A stretch of 64,000 bases of DNA from the human T2T-CHM13v2.0 reference genome, Homo sapiens. Shown one piece after another: positions 28,401-41,742 of the stretch. A model generated the notes under the pieces. It ran no database searches, was not told the origin of the DNA, and saw only the letters and a list, made by a program, of their open reading frames with translations. The position numbers and the translations under genes were made by a program. The first letter of the stretch is position 1, and the number at the start of each line of letters is the position of its first letter. The stretch lies in NCBI RefSeq assembly GCF_009914755.1, contig NC_060934.1; one strand, 5' to 3'.

Positions 28401-30820
28401 AACACCCTACTGACAATATTAGATCGAGACAGAAAATTAACAAAGATATTCAGGACCTGAACTCAGCACTAGATCAAGTGCTCCTGATGGATATCTACAG
28501 AACTCTCCGCACCAAAACAGTAGAATATACATTCTTCTCATCGATGCATGGCACATACTCTAAAATTGATCACATAAACGTTAGCAAAACACTCCTCAGC
28601 AAATGCAAAGAACTGAAATCATAACAGTCTCTTGGACCACAGTGCAATTAAATGAGAAATCAGGACTAGGAAATTCACTCAAAACCATACAATTATGTGG
28701 AAATTGAATAACCTGCACTTGAATGACCTTTGGGTGAATAATGAAATTGTATTGGAATTCCTAGCCAGGGCAGTCAGGTAAAAGAAAGAAAGAAAAGGCA
28801 GGAAGAGAGGAAGTCAAACTATCCCTATTTGCCGACAACTTGGTCCTGTATCTAGAAACCCCCATAGTCTCAGCCCAAAAGCTTCTTAAACTGATAACTC
28901 AAGCTCAGTCTCAGGATGCAAAACCGATGTGTAAAAATAACTAGCATTTCTATGCACCAACAGCAGGCAAGCCTAGAGCCAAATCAGAAATGAACTCCCA
29001 TTCACAACTGCCACAAAAAGAATAAAATACATAGGAATACAGCCAACCAGGGAGGTGAAAGAGCTCTACAAGAACTGCAAACCGCTGCTCAAAGAAATCA
29101 GAGATGACACAAACATGAAAAAACATTCCATGTTTATGTATACAAAGAATCAGTGTCATGAAAATGGCCATACTGCCAAAAGCAATTTATACATTCAATG
29201 CTATTCCTTTTAAATTACCATTGAAATTCTTCACAGAACTGGACAAAAACTATTTTAAAATTCATATGGAACCAAAAAGCTCGAATAGCCAATGCAATTC
29301 TAAGCAAAAAGAACAAAGCTGGAGGCATCACACTACCTTACTTTAAAATATACTACAGGTCTACAGTAACCAAAACAGAATGGTTCTGGTACAAAAACAG
29401 ACATGCAGACCAATGGAACAGAATAGAGAACCCAGCAATAAGACTGCACACCTACAACTATCTGATCCTCAACAAACCTGACAAAAACAAGCAATGGGAA
29501 AAGGTTCCCCTATTCAATAAATGGTGCTGGGATAACTGGCTGGCCATATGCAGAAGATCAATACTGGACCCCTTTCTTATACCATATACAAAAATTAATA
29601 TGGAGTAAAGATTTAAATGTAAAACCCAAAGCTATAAAGATTCTGGAAGACAACCTAGGCAATACCATTCAGGACATAGGCATGACAAAGATTTTTGACA
29701 GACACCAAAGGCAATTGCAACAAAGGCAAAAATGGACAAATGGGATCTAATTAAACTAAAAGAGCTTCTTCACAGCAAAAGAAACTATCAACGGAGTAAA
29801 CAGACAATCTACAGAATGGGAGAAAAGGGAAGTGCTACACACTTTAAAACAACCAGATCTCGTGAGAAGTCACTGTCATGAGTACAGCAAGGGGAAGTCC
29901 ACCTGCATGATCCAGTCACCTCTCATCAGGCCCCTCCTCCAACAATGAGGATTACAACGACATGAGATTTGGGTTGGGACATAGAGCTAAACCATATCAG
30001 ACATGAACACTTTTCAAAAAAAGATATACATGCAGCCAACAATCATATGAAAACAAGGTCAACATCACTCATCATTAGAGAAATGCAAATCAAAACCATA
30101 GTGAAATACCATCTCACACCAGTCAGAATGGCTGCTACTAGAAATAACATGCTGGTGAGGCTGCAGAGAGAAAGGAATGTTTATACACTGTTAATGGGAG
30201 TGTAATTAGTTCAACCATTGTGGTAGACAGTGTGAAAATTCCTCAAAGACCTAGAGACAGAAATACCATTTGACTGAGCAATCTCATTACTGGGTATATA
30301 GCCAAAGGAATATAAATTGTTCTACTGTAGAGAAACATGCATGCATGTTTGTTGCAGCACTATTCACAAGAGCAAACACATGGAATCAACTTAAAGGCCC
30401 TTTAATTATAGACTGAATAAAGAAAATGTACATATACACCATGGAATACTATGCAGCCATAAAAAAGAACAAGATCATTCTTTTTCTTGCAGGACATGGA
30501 TGGAGCTGGAAGCCATTATCCTTAGCAAACTAATGCATGAATAGAAAACCAATTACTGCTTGTTCTCACTTGTAAGTGGGAGCTAAATGAGAACACATGG
30601 ACACATAGAGAAGAACAACACACACTATCAGAAGGGTCCTATCAGAAGGTGGAAGGTGGGAGGAGGAAGAGGATCAGGAAAAATAACTAATGGGTAGTAG
30701 GCTTAATAACTAGCTGATTAAATAATCTGTACAACAAACCTCCATGACACAAGTTTATCTATGTACAAACCTGCACACATACCTCTGAACTTAAAAGTTT
30801 TTTTAAAAAAATATAAAAGG
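25473..30820 (+). mobile_element. Near full-length older L1PA (L1PA12-14-like) with internal deletions
   Basis: 5' YY1 site GGCCAAGATGG; duplicated 5' UTR unit at ~26110 and ~26384; decayed ORF1 ~26900-27890; ORF2 EN with a deletion junction at ~28748; L1PA13-type 3' UTR. Confidence 0.88.
29827..29999 (-). mobile_element. MSTA-like LTR half nested in the L1
   Basis: ...GAGATTTGGG...AAACCATATCA terminus. Confidence 0.8.
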
Positions 30821-30822
30821 TT

Positions 30823-31130
<308 letters not shown>

Positions 31131-33214
31131 TTACCAAGTCTGTGGTTTTCTGTTATAGCAGCAGAAAATAGACTAAGACAGAAAATTGGCACAAAGAACT
31201 GGGCATCATTGGTCAAGCCTGTAGTCCCAGCTACTTGGGAGGCTCAGTAGGCTTGAGGCCCTGGAGTTCGAGGCTCTAGTGTGTCATGTTCTTGCTTATG
31301 AATAACCACTGCACTTCAGCCTAGGCAATGTAGCAAGATCTCTTCTCCATTTAAGTAAATAATTTTTTTGTGACAAAAAAATGGTACCTAGAAATGGGGC
31401 TCTTGCTGTAACAAATACCTGAATATGTGGAAGTGGCTTTGAAACTAAAGTAATAGGCAGAGGCTGGAAGAGTTTGGAAGAGCAGCCTAGAAAAATGACC
31501 GTATTGCCATGAATGGAGCATTAGGGGCAATTGTAATGATTGTTTAAAAGAGGCAAGCTATAGGGGAAGTCTGAATCTTCTTTTAGATTACTTACATGGT
31601 TGTGACTGGCATGTTGGTAGAAATGTGGACTGTAGAGGCCATTCTGATGAGGTCTCAGACAGAAATGAGAAGGTATTGAAAACTGGAGTAAAGGCCATCC
31701 TGTTACAAAGTTGCAAAGACCTTGACTAGGTTATGTCCATACCCTAGGGCTTTATGAAATGGAGAATTTAAAAGCAATGAATTAGGATATCTGGCAGAAG
31801 AAACATCTAAGCAGCAAAGCACTCAGCCTGCTGTGTGGCTACTTTTAACTGCATTCAGTGAGATGTGAGAGCAAAGCCATGATTAAAGACAGAATTTACA
31901 ATTAAAAGGAAAGTAAAGCAGAAAGATTTGGAAAACTCAGAGTCCAGCTATTACAGAGTGAACTTCACAGACTGGAAAACTTTGGGAGAGATTACTAAGC
32001 GTGTGGGCCAAGTGCTGTTTGCTAAAGAGATGACTGCTATAAGGGAGCCAGATATTCATCAAGATCATGGGGGAAAAGACTCAAAGGTATTTCAGAGATC
32101 TTTGAGGCTTCCCCTTCTACCACAGTCCCAGAGCTCTAGGAGGGAAGGATGTTTCTGGAGGCAGACCTGGGACATCTTCCACAGGCTCACTCTTCAGAGC
32201 TGCCTTGGGCCCCTGCTCCCCACATTTCATTGCAGCACCTCTTGGCCACCCCAGCTGTGGCTCAAGCAGGCCCAGGTGTGGCTCATGATACCATTCTGGA
32301 GGTTACAAACTGTAAACTTTGGTGGCATCTACATGGTACTAATTCTGCAGGTACACAGAATGTAAGAACTGTGGAGACATGTCTTCCTTCACCAAGACCT
32401 CAAAGGAAGGCATGGACAGCCTGGGTGCCCAGGCAGAGATGTATCACCAGGGTGGAGCCACTCAGAGGCTCACCAGGGCAGTGCCTAGTGGAGCTGTGGA
32501 AGTGGGGCCACCCCTAAGATCCTGGAACTTTAGGGACACCAGTCTGCAACTCCAGCCCAAGAGAACTGAAGCATGGACTGAGCCCTGCAAAGCCATAGGA
32601 ACAGACCTGCCCAAGGTTTTGGGGGCCCAACCCCTCACCCCCAACAAGTTATAAGCTGTGTCCAGCATACAGGACATGGAGTCAAAGGAGATTATTCTCT
32701 GGTTTTAAGATTTAATGCTGTTTTTACTGTTGAGTTTTGAACTTAGGACCAGTTACCCCTTTCTTTTTGCTTATATCTCTATTTTGGAATGGGAATGTCT
32801 ATCCTGTGTCTGTCCCACTATTGTGTTTTGGAAGTAGATAACTTGTTTTGATTTCACAAACTTAGAGCTGGAGGGAGTTTGCCCCAGGTGAATCAGGCCT
32901 TGAGTCTCAACCATATCTGATTTAGATGAGACTTCAGACTTTTGAGTTGATGCTGGAACAAGTTAAGACTCTGAGGCTATTGGGATGTAATCACTGTATT
33001 TTACATTGTGAAGACATAAATTTTGGGGGTTGGGGAAAAATGCTACAGTTTGTATGTATGCCCCAGAAGTTCATATGTTGAAAACAATTAATCTTCGATG
33101 TAACAGTATTAGGAATGGGGCTTTTAAGAGGTGATTAAGACATGAGGGCTCTTCCCTTATGAATGGATGAATGCTTTTATCATGGAAGTGGGTTAGTTAC
33201 AGTGAGAGTGTGCA

Positions 33215-33870
33215 AAATACATTGAAATACATTGAGCATTTCACAGGAGAGTAAATATACACAGCCAAAAAACTGAAGGAACAAGTGAAGAGGTGTTCAA
33301 CATTGTTAGTGATTAGGGAAATGCAAAGCAAGACCACAATGATACTTTATGTCCATTAGATTGGTAAAAATAAAAATCAAATGTTAAAGAAGATGTAGGT
33401 CTACTGGATTTTTAAAATGTTAATAGGAATGTAGATTGATGGAATCATTTTGAAAAATAGTTTGATATTATCTCCAAAACTTCAAGTCTAGCAGTTTTAC
33501 ACCTAAACATATACACAATAGTAATTGATGCATACATACAACTGGGGACATACACAAGAATGTTTATTGTAGCACCATTCACAATAGCAAAATCTTGAAA
33601 CAACCATAATGCCCACCAACAAGATGAATAAATTATGATATATTTACATAATGAAATATTCAGCAGTCAAAATTAATGAACTACATCAATATACAGTACT
33701 ATGGGTGACTCCCATTAATAAAAGTGAAAAAAGTTACATCCTAAAAGGTTACAAATAGCATACCATTTTTGTAATTTGTTTTAAACATAAAATTTTTCAG
33801 GACTATAAGTACAAAAAGAGGATGAACATGGGATTTCAAATGATGGTTATTTGGGGTGGATGAAAATGCA
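33215..33870 (+). mobile_element. Ancient L1 (L1ME-like) 3' fragment
   Basis: Degenerate ORF2 C-terminus (ATTAGGGAAATGCAAA...CACAATAGCAAAA). Confidence 0.6.
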
Positions 33871-34673
33871 TAAATTTCATTGCAGAAATATTAATTTATT
33901 TGATTACTAATATATGTATTATGTATTAATGTATTTTTATTAGACACCCACTGAGCATGTAATGTATTATATGTATTGCCTACTAAACTCCAAAATATTA
34001 CTAATTTCAAACTACATCTGGATACAGTGGTTTCAGTTAAGAGCTTGTGAATCTGTAGAGGCCTGGAATGAAAGGCAGAAATGGAGATATATTTTGAAGA
34101 TAAAATGGAGGAGACTTGCAGATAAACTTGATTTGGGGGTGAAGAAGAGGGAAGGATCGAGGATGACTGCTAGGTTAGCTGGGCTAAAGGTAGTGTCCTT
34201 TCTTGAAATGGGGAATGGGAATGTGGACTACATAGGTTTGGGAGGGTAATCACATTGATCTGGTATTAATAAATGCTTAAATCCGTAACAGTTGCAGTTT
34301 GACTGACCTTGATGTAATTTTCAAATACTATTTCCCTGTACATTCCTTCTCAGCTGCCCTGACTCTGGGAGATGGCTGTCAATCTCTGGTCCATTTTCCC
34401 TCTGTGGATAAATAGAGTTTCTAATTCCTGGCTCAGTTGATTCTTTTGTTCCACACAGGCTCTCTTGGTAGGGAGTAGGTTGTCACTAGCCTCTTCCACA
34501 GTCACTCAATTTCTGTTGTTTTCACTTAATTTTCCCACCAGGCTTTCTTCTGACATAAAGGTTTTTTGGAAGTGTCAGTCCACCAAACATATACTGAGCT
34601 CAGAGGGAACAATGGAAGCTACGACAGTTGCTGGCCTGGGAAAAAGACCTCTGCCAACAAGGGGTGATGGAGA

Positions 34674-35473
34674 TGTCTTGACCCATTTAATTTTGCTATA
34701 GACAATACCTGAGGCTGGTTAGTTTACAAAGAGGCTTATATGGCTCATGATTCTGTGGATTGTGCAAGAAGCATAGAGCCAGCATTTGCTCCTGTTAATG
34801 GCCTCAGGCTGCTTCTACTTGTCATGGAAAGTGGAGAGCCTGCATGTGCAGAGATCATATGGTGAGAGAGGAAGCAAGAGGGGAGACACCAGGCCCCTAA
34901 CAACCAGGTCTCATGGGAACTAATAGAGCAAGAACTCACTTCTCCCTCCCCAGGAAGGGAATTACTCTATTCCTGAAGGATTCATCCTTGATGTAGTTTG
35001 AATATATGTCCCCACTAAATCTCATGTTGAATTGTAATCCTCAATGTTGGATGTGGGGCCTGGTGGGAGGTGTTTGGGTCATGGGTGCAGATCACTCATG
35101 ACTTGGTGCTGTCCTCATGATAATGAGTTCTCACAAGATCTAGTTGTTTAAGTGTGTTTCACTTCCCGCTCAACTCTCTCATGCTCCTGCTTTCACCATG
35201 TGACATGCCTGCTCCTGCTTGGCTGTCTGCCATGAGTAAAAGCTCCCAGAAGCTGAACACATGCCGGTGCCATGCTTCCCGTACAGCCTGCAGAACTGTG
35301 AGCCAATTAAACCTCTTTTCTTTATAAATTACCCATTCTCTGGTATTTCTTTGTAGCAATGAAAGAATGGCCTAACAACGCCCGACTCAGATACCTCTCA
35401 CTAGGCCACATCTCCAACATTGGGGATCAAATTTCAACATGAGATTTGGAGAGAACAAATATCCAAACAATAA
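34674..35473 (-). mobile_element. MST-family LTR (minus) interrupted by an opposite-strand MSTB-like LTR at 34989-35378
   Basis: Two MaLR LTRs in opposite orientation, one inside the other. Confidence 0.78.
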
Positions 35474-35853
35474 TGGGGATGACCATTTTTACATGATAAA
35501 GAAGAATTTTTCCCATATAACTCTTCTCATCCTAAACTACACAGAACACCCAGCCTTGACCCCAGTGCATGCAGGGACAAGTGAGTAGACTACAGAAGGC
35601 AGCCACGCTGAATATGCAGAAGGATGATTTCTGGGGCATCCCAAGCTAGAGTGAAAGGAGCTTGAAATGCAGCCAAGAGTAGCTCCCCTTCCAGAAGGGG
35701 GAAGTGGGCAACCCTGGGGCTAAGAGAAGGAGGGAGTATGCAAAATGGGACCTAAGTTCACATCCCCAATTGCTCTGGGCCCCATTGTTGGTCCCACATC
35801 CACCCACCTAGACCCTGTATCAATCTCCAGTAGTAATGTGATGATGTCATGTT

Positions 35854-35984
35854 GCTAATTATTTTTGTAGAGGTGGGGTCTCGCTTTGTTGCCCAAGCTG
35901 TTCTAGAGCTCCTGGCCTGAAGTGATCCTCACACCTCGGCCTCCCAAAGTGCTAGGATTACAGGCATGAGCCACCATGCCTGGC
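35854..35984 (-). mobile_element. FLAM/Alu left monomer
   Basis: Antisense Alu left arm. Confidence 0.8.
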
Positions 35985-36319
35985 TACACCCTGCTGATTT
36001 AAGAGAATCATATATCCAGTAAATATGTAATCACACTATTGTCCTTTTCTGAGCCTCAGGTGAGATTGAGGTCTGTAAAGGAAAGCTTTACAAATTTAAG
36101 AGCAAACTATAATTAAGGCTATATGTCAATGTCACATGCTTATATTTGAACCTATTATTGGGAAGCATGTCTTTTTAGATAGTAGACACCTAACTTTGAA
36201 GTTACAATAGTTCATTTTGGAATTCTGAAATACAAAGCATTATGTTTTTACAAAAAACTTTAAAAATGGTTTTTCCAAAATAGATTATTGGAAAGTTAAT
36301 TGAGGTTAGATTGATAACC

Positions 36320-39300
36320 TGGCAAATTCTACAAAACATTTGAGGAAATTATACCAATTCTCTACAATCTCTTCCAGATGGTAGAAGCAAAAGGAATACT
36401 TTCTAACTTGTTTTATGAGTCCAACATGACCCAGATGTCAAAAACAAAGACATTACAAGAAAAGAACACTACAGACCAATACTTCTCTTGGACCTAGAAC
36501 TATCTGTTTTGTATCTATATAGATGCCAAAATCCTTAACAAAATATTAGCAAATTGAATTTTAAAATGTATAAAAATTATACACAACAACCAAGTGGGTT
36601 TTATTCCAAGCATGCAAAGCTGGTTCAATGTTTGAAAACCAGTTAATGTAATCCATCATATCAAGACATTAATTAAATCACATAATCATATCAATCGATG
36701 CAAAAAAAGCATTTGACAAAATTCCACAGACATTCATGATACAAACCCTCAGCAAAGTAGGAATAGAGGAGTGCTTCCTCAACCTGATAACTATCTACAA
36801 AACACCTATAGCTTACATTATACTTAATGGTGACCAACTAGAGACTTTTCCATTAAGATCAGTAACAAGGCAAGAATGTCCTCTCTCACCACTTTTTCCA
36901 CATTATACTGGAAGTCCTAGCTAATATAATAAGACACAGAAAATAAAAGGTATACATGTTGGGAAGGAAGAAATAAGACTGTCTGCAGATGACATGATTG
37001 TCTATGTAGAAATCCAAAAGAATCCATAACAAAAAATCTGGAACTAATACATGATTATTGCAAAGTTTTAGGATACAAGGTCAAGACATAAAAATCAACC
37101 ACTTTCTTAATTCCAGCAATGAACAAGTGAAATTTCAAATTAGAAACACAATACCATTACATGAACACCCCCCAAAATGAAATACTTAAATTTAAAACTT
37201 CTTTTTATTGGGTATAAAATTTTTAAAATATGCATGAAATCTACATGATGATAACTACAAAACTCTGTTGAAAGAAATAAACTAAAATATTTCGTGTTCA
37301 TGAATAGAAATAATATTGTCAAGATGTCATTTCTTCCCAACTTGATCTATAGATTCAACACAGTCTCAACCCCAGCAAGCTGTTTTGTGGATATCAACAA
37401 AGTGATTCTAAAGTTTATGTGGCAAGGCAAAGGATCTAGGCTAGCCAGCACAATATTAAAGAAGGAGCAAAACTAGAAGACTGACAGTAGCCAACTGCAA
37501 GACTTACTATAAAGCTATAATAATAAAGATAGTGTCATATTGGCAAAAGAATAGACAAATAGATCAATGAACAGAATAGAGAGCCCACATAAATACAGTC
37601 AACTGATCTTTGACAAAGGAGCAAAGGCAATGCTATGGACAAAAAAATAGTCTTTTCAACAACTGGTGCTGAAACTAGATATCTACACACAGACTTTACC
37701 TCCTTCACAAGAATTAACTCAAAATGGATCATAGAACAAAATGTAAATCCCAAAACTATAAGACTAAAGGATAACAGAGAATCTAGAAGACTGGGCTTGG
37801 TGACGATATTTTTGATAAAACACCAAAGGTATGATGCATGAAAGAAGTCATTGGTAAACTGGGCTTCATTAAAATTAAAAACTTCTCTCCAAAAGACACT
37901 GTGACAAGAATGAAAAGATAAACCACAGACTGGGAGAAAATGTTTGCCAAAGGGATCTTGTAAAAAGGACTGTTGTCCAATATATACAAACAACGCTTAA
38001 AACTGAACAACAAGAAAACAACCCAATTTAAATATGGGCAAAAAGAAGCTAGGCATAATGGTGCATGCCTGTAACCCCAGCTACTCAGGTGGGGGACTGC
38101 TCAAGCCCAGGAGTTTGGGACCAGCATGGGCAATGTAGTGAGACCCCATCTCAAAAATGGTAAATAAAATAGGCAAAAAGATCTGAACAGGCACCTCACC
38201 AAAGAAGATGTACAGATGGCAAATAAGCATATGAAAAGATGTTTGGCTGTGCATAGTGGCTCACGCCTGTAATCCTAGCACTTTGGAAGGCTGAGGCATG
38301 AGGTTTGAGCCCAGGAGTTTGAGACCAGCCTGGGCAACATAGGGAGACCTCATCTCTACAAAAATGAAAATTAGCCAGGCATGGTGGTGCAGAGGTTTGT
38401 TTGAGCCCAGCAGTTTGAGACCAGCCTGGGCAACATAGGGAGACCTCATCTCTACAAAAATAAAAATAAAAATTAGCCAGGCATGGTGGTGCATGCCTGT
38501 AGTCCCAGCTGCTCACGAGGCTGAAGCAGCAGGATTGCTTTGAGCCTGGGAGGTTGAGGCTGTAGTGAACCATGATCTGCCTCCAGCCTGAGTGACAGAG
38601 CAAGATTCTGTCTCACAAAAAAAAAAAAAAAAGAAAAAAGATGTTTAACATCATATGTCAGTAAGGAAATGCAAACTAAAAGAACAGTGAGATACCACTA
38701 CACACTTACTAGAATGACGAAAATCCAAAACATTGACAACACCAAATATGAGGGAGGATGTGGAGCAGTAAGAAGTCTCATTCATTGCTGACTGGAATGC
38801 AAAATGGTACAGCCACTTTGGAAGACAGTTTGGCAGTTTCTTACAAAACTAAACACTCTTACTGTATGATATAGCAGTCACGCTTCTTGGTATGATATTT
38901 ACCCAAATGAGTTGAAAATTTACGTCCACACAAAAACCTGCACATGGATGTTTATAGCAGCTTTATTCATAATTGCCAAATCTTGGAAGCAACCAAGATG
39001 TCCTTCAGTAGGTGAGTGGAAAACTAAACTGTGGTACCTCTAGACATTGGAATATTATTCATGGCTAAAAAGAAATGCACTGTCAAGCCATAAAAAGACA
39101 TAGAGGAGCCTTAAATGCATATTACTAAGTAAAAGAAGCAAATTAAAATTGTGTGATTACAATTATATAATTGTATGTTATTCCGGACAAGGCAAAACTA
39201 CAGAGACACACACACAAAAATCAATGGTGTCAGGGGTTAGAGGAGAGGGAGGATAAACAGATGGAGCACAGAGGATGTTTGTGCTCTGTGCTCTGAGGAT

Positions 39301-39627
39301 GTTTGGGCTGTGAAACTATTCTGTACTGATGGATATGTGTCATTATACATAGCCAAAACCTACAGAATGTACACCAAGAGTAAACCCCAATACCAATAGT
39401 AAACTATTTTACACCAATAGTAAACTATGGCCTTTAGGTGATAATGATGTGTCAATGTAGGTTCATTGATTATTGATTGTAACAAATGTATCACTCTGGT
39501 GAAGGATGTTGATAGTGGGGGAGGTTATGAATGAGGAGGGGAAGGAGTATATGAGAACTCTACTTTCTGCTCAGTTTAGCTGTGAACCTAAAACTGCTTT
39601 AAAAAATAAAGCCTATTTAAAAAAAAT
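36320..39627 (+). mobile_element. L1MC-like element (ORF2 3' half and 3' UTR) with nested Alu monomer (38048-38170) and AluJ (38245-38634)
   Basis: Decayed RT (TCTGCAGATGACATGATT) and L1MC-type 3' end; AluJ TSD AAAAGATGTTT. Confidence 0.82.
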
Positions 39628-40164
39628 ACATAACCAAAACAAAAATAACTATGATAAAAAGAAAAAAAAAACCGGTTGCCTGCAGGGGTTAAATGGGTGT
39701 GGATGTGGAGGATGGGAGATAAAAGACAGTGGAGCCAGGCTCAATGGCACATGCCTATAGTCCCAGCTACTCAGGAGGCTGAGATAGGAGGATTGCTTGA
39801 GCCTAGAAATTCGAGGTTACAATGAGCTATGGTTCCACTCCAGCTTGGGTGACAAAGCAAAACCCTGTCTCTTAAAAAAGTGGGGGAGGGGCAAATTAAG
39901 GAGAGGGACCTTATACTGGACCAATAATGATAAAATGTCATGAAATAAAGAGTTTAACTCATTGCTCTTCACTTTCAGTCCAAAGGAAAATGAGATTATT
40001 TGTAAGTGCTTCATACAAATTATATCAGCTTTAGCAGGTTACTCGTCATATTTTGACACAGTATACACTGATTTTGTCCTTACGTCTTCACATTTTGAAC
40101 ATACCCTTTACAGGTAAGAAGGAATTATCCCCTAAAATATAAGGATAAAAGAATCTGGAATCTA

Positions 40165-40813
<649 letters not shown>

Positions 40814-41462
40814 CTTGTTTTGTACCTCTCCATAGCTTAGTATTACTTTTTAACACAAACACCTATTGTTCTCTGTCTGCATGCACTGGAATTGAGGTCT
40901 GTGGATGTGCCTTTCCTGACAATATTTCTTCACGCTTGCTGCCCACTGGTGCTGTGAGGGCACAATAACGAATGTTTACTTTGCCCTTGCACTCTTCACA
41001 TCTGGGAACCGCAAAGGAGCGCGGTGGTCGGACTGTCAGCCTCGCCTTCTATTCTTTGATTTCCAGTAACTTATTTTCGAAAGATTGCTGGAGGGAAAGG
41101 CTCAACGTCTCTTTTGGGATTTTCCTAAGCAGAAAGACCTCATCCTAACAAAACTGAGGCGCCAATCCTACTGGCTGGCAACTTTCGGCAGGGAGGGTGA
41201 TTCTATTTGAAGATCAATCCTAACTCTGGGACCCCTTGGGAATGTCCAGGAGCTAGGAACGCAGCGCCGCGGTCTCTCCAGCCTCTGGTCCCTGGGAGCA
41301 AGCAGGGCACCGGTGGAGCAGGTGCCTCTGGGGCCGCACGGAAACCCAGCTAGGCCAGTTCCTCCACTGCGCCGGTAGGCGGCGGAGACGCTGCGCGTGC
41401 GCGCAGGGCAGACGGTAGAGCGGAGACGACGCTCCCAGACTCCTCCGGTCTCCCCGGGCAGC

Positions 41463-41678
41463 ATGAAGACCGCCGAGAACATCAGAGGAACCGGCAGCGA
41501 CGGGCCGCGGAAACGAGGCCTCTGCGTCCTCTGTGGCCTCCCCGCGGCAGGAAAATCGACTTTCGCGCGCGCCCTCGCCCACCGGCTGCAGCAGGAGCAG
41601 GGTTGGGCCATCGGTGTTGTCGCGTATGATGACGTCATGCCCGACGCGTTTCTCGCCGGGGCAAGAGCGCGACCGGCG
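41463..41678 (+). CDS. PSTK: PSTK coding exon 1 (L-seryl-tRNA(Sec) kinase)
   Basis: ATG in AGCATG context; MKTAENIRG...; Walker A GLPAAGKS; donor GCG|GTCAGC; 216 nt. Confidence 0.95.
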
Positions 41679-41707
41679 GTCAGCACGGAGGGGCGGGGCC
41701 TGGGCCG

Positions 41708-41742
41708 CGGGGCGGGGCGGGGCGGGGCGGGGCGGGGCGGGG
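41708..41742 (+). repeat. (CGGGG)7 pentanucleotide tandem repeat, G-quadruplex/GC-box array
   Basis: Seven perfect units about 30 nt into PSTK intron 1. Confidence 0.95.

Noticed and set aside
31928-32677. ORFs of 71-145 aa in the intergenic region
   Set aside because: Decayed MaLR internal sequence, fragmented across frames
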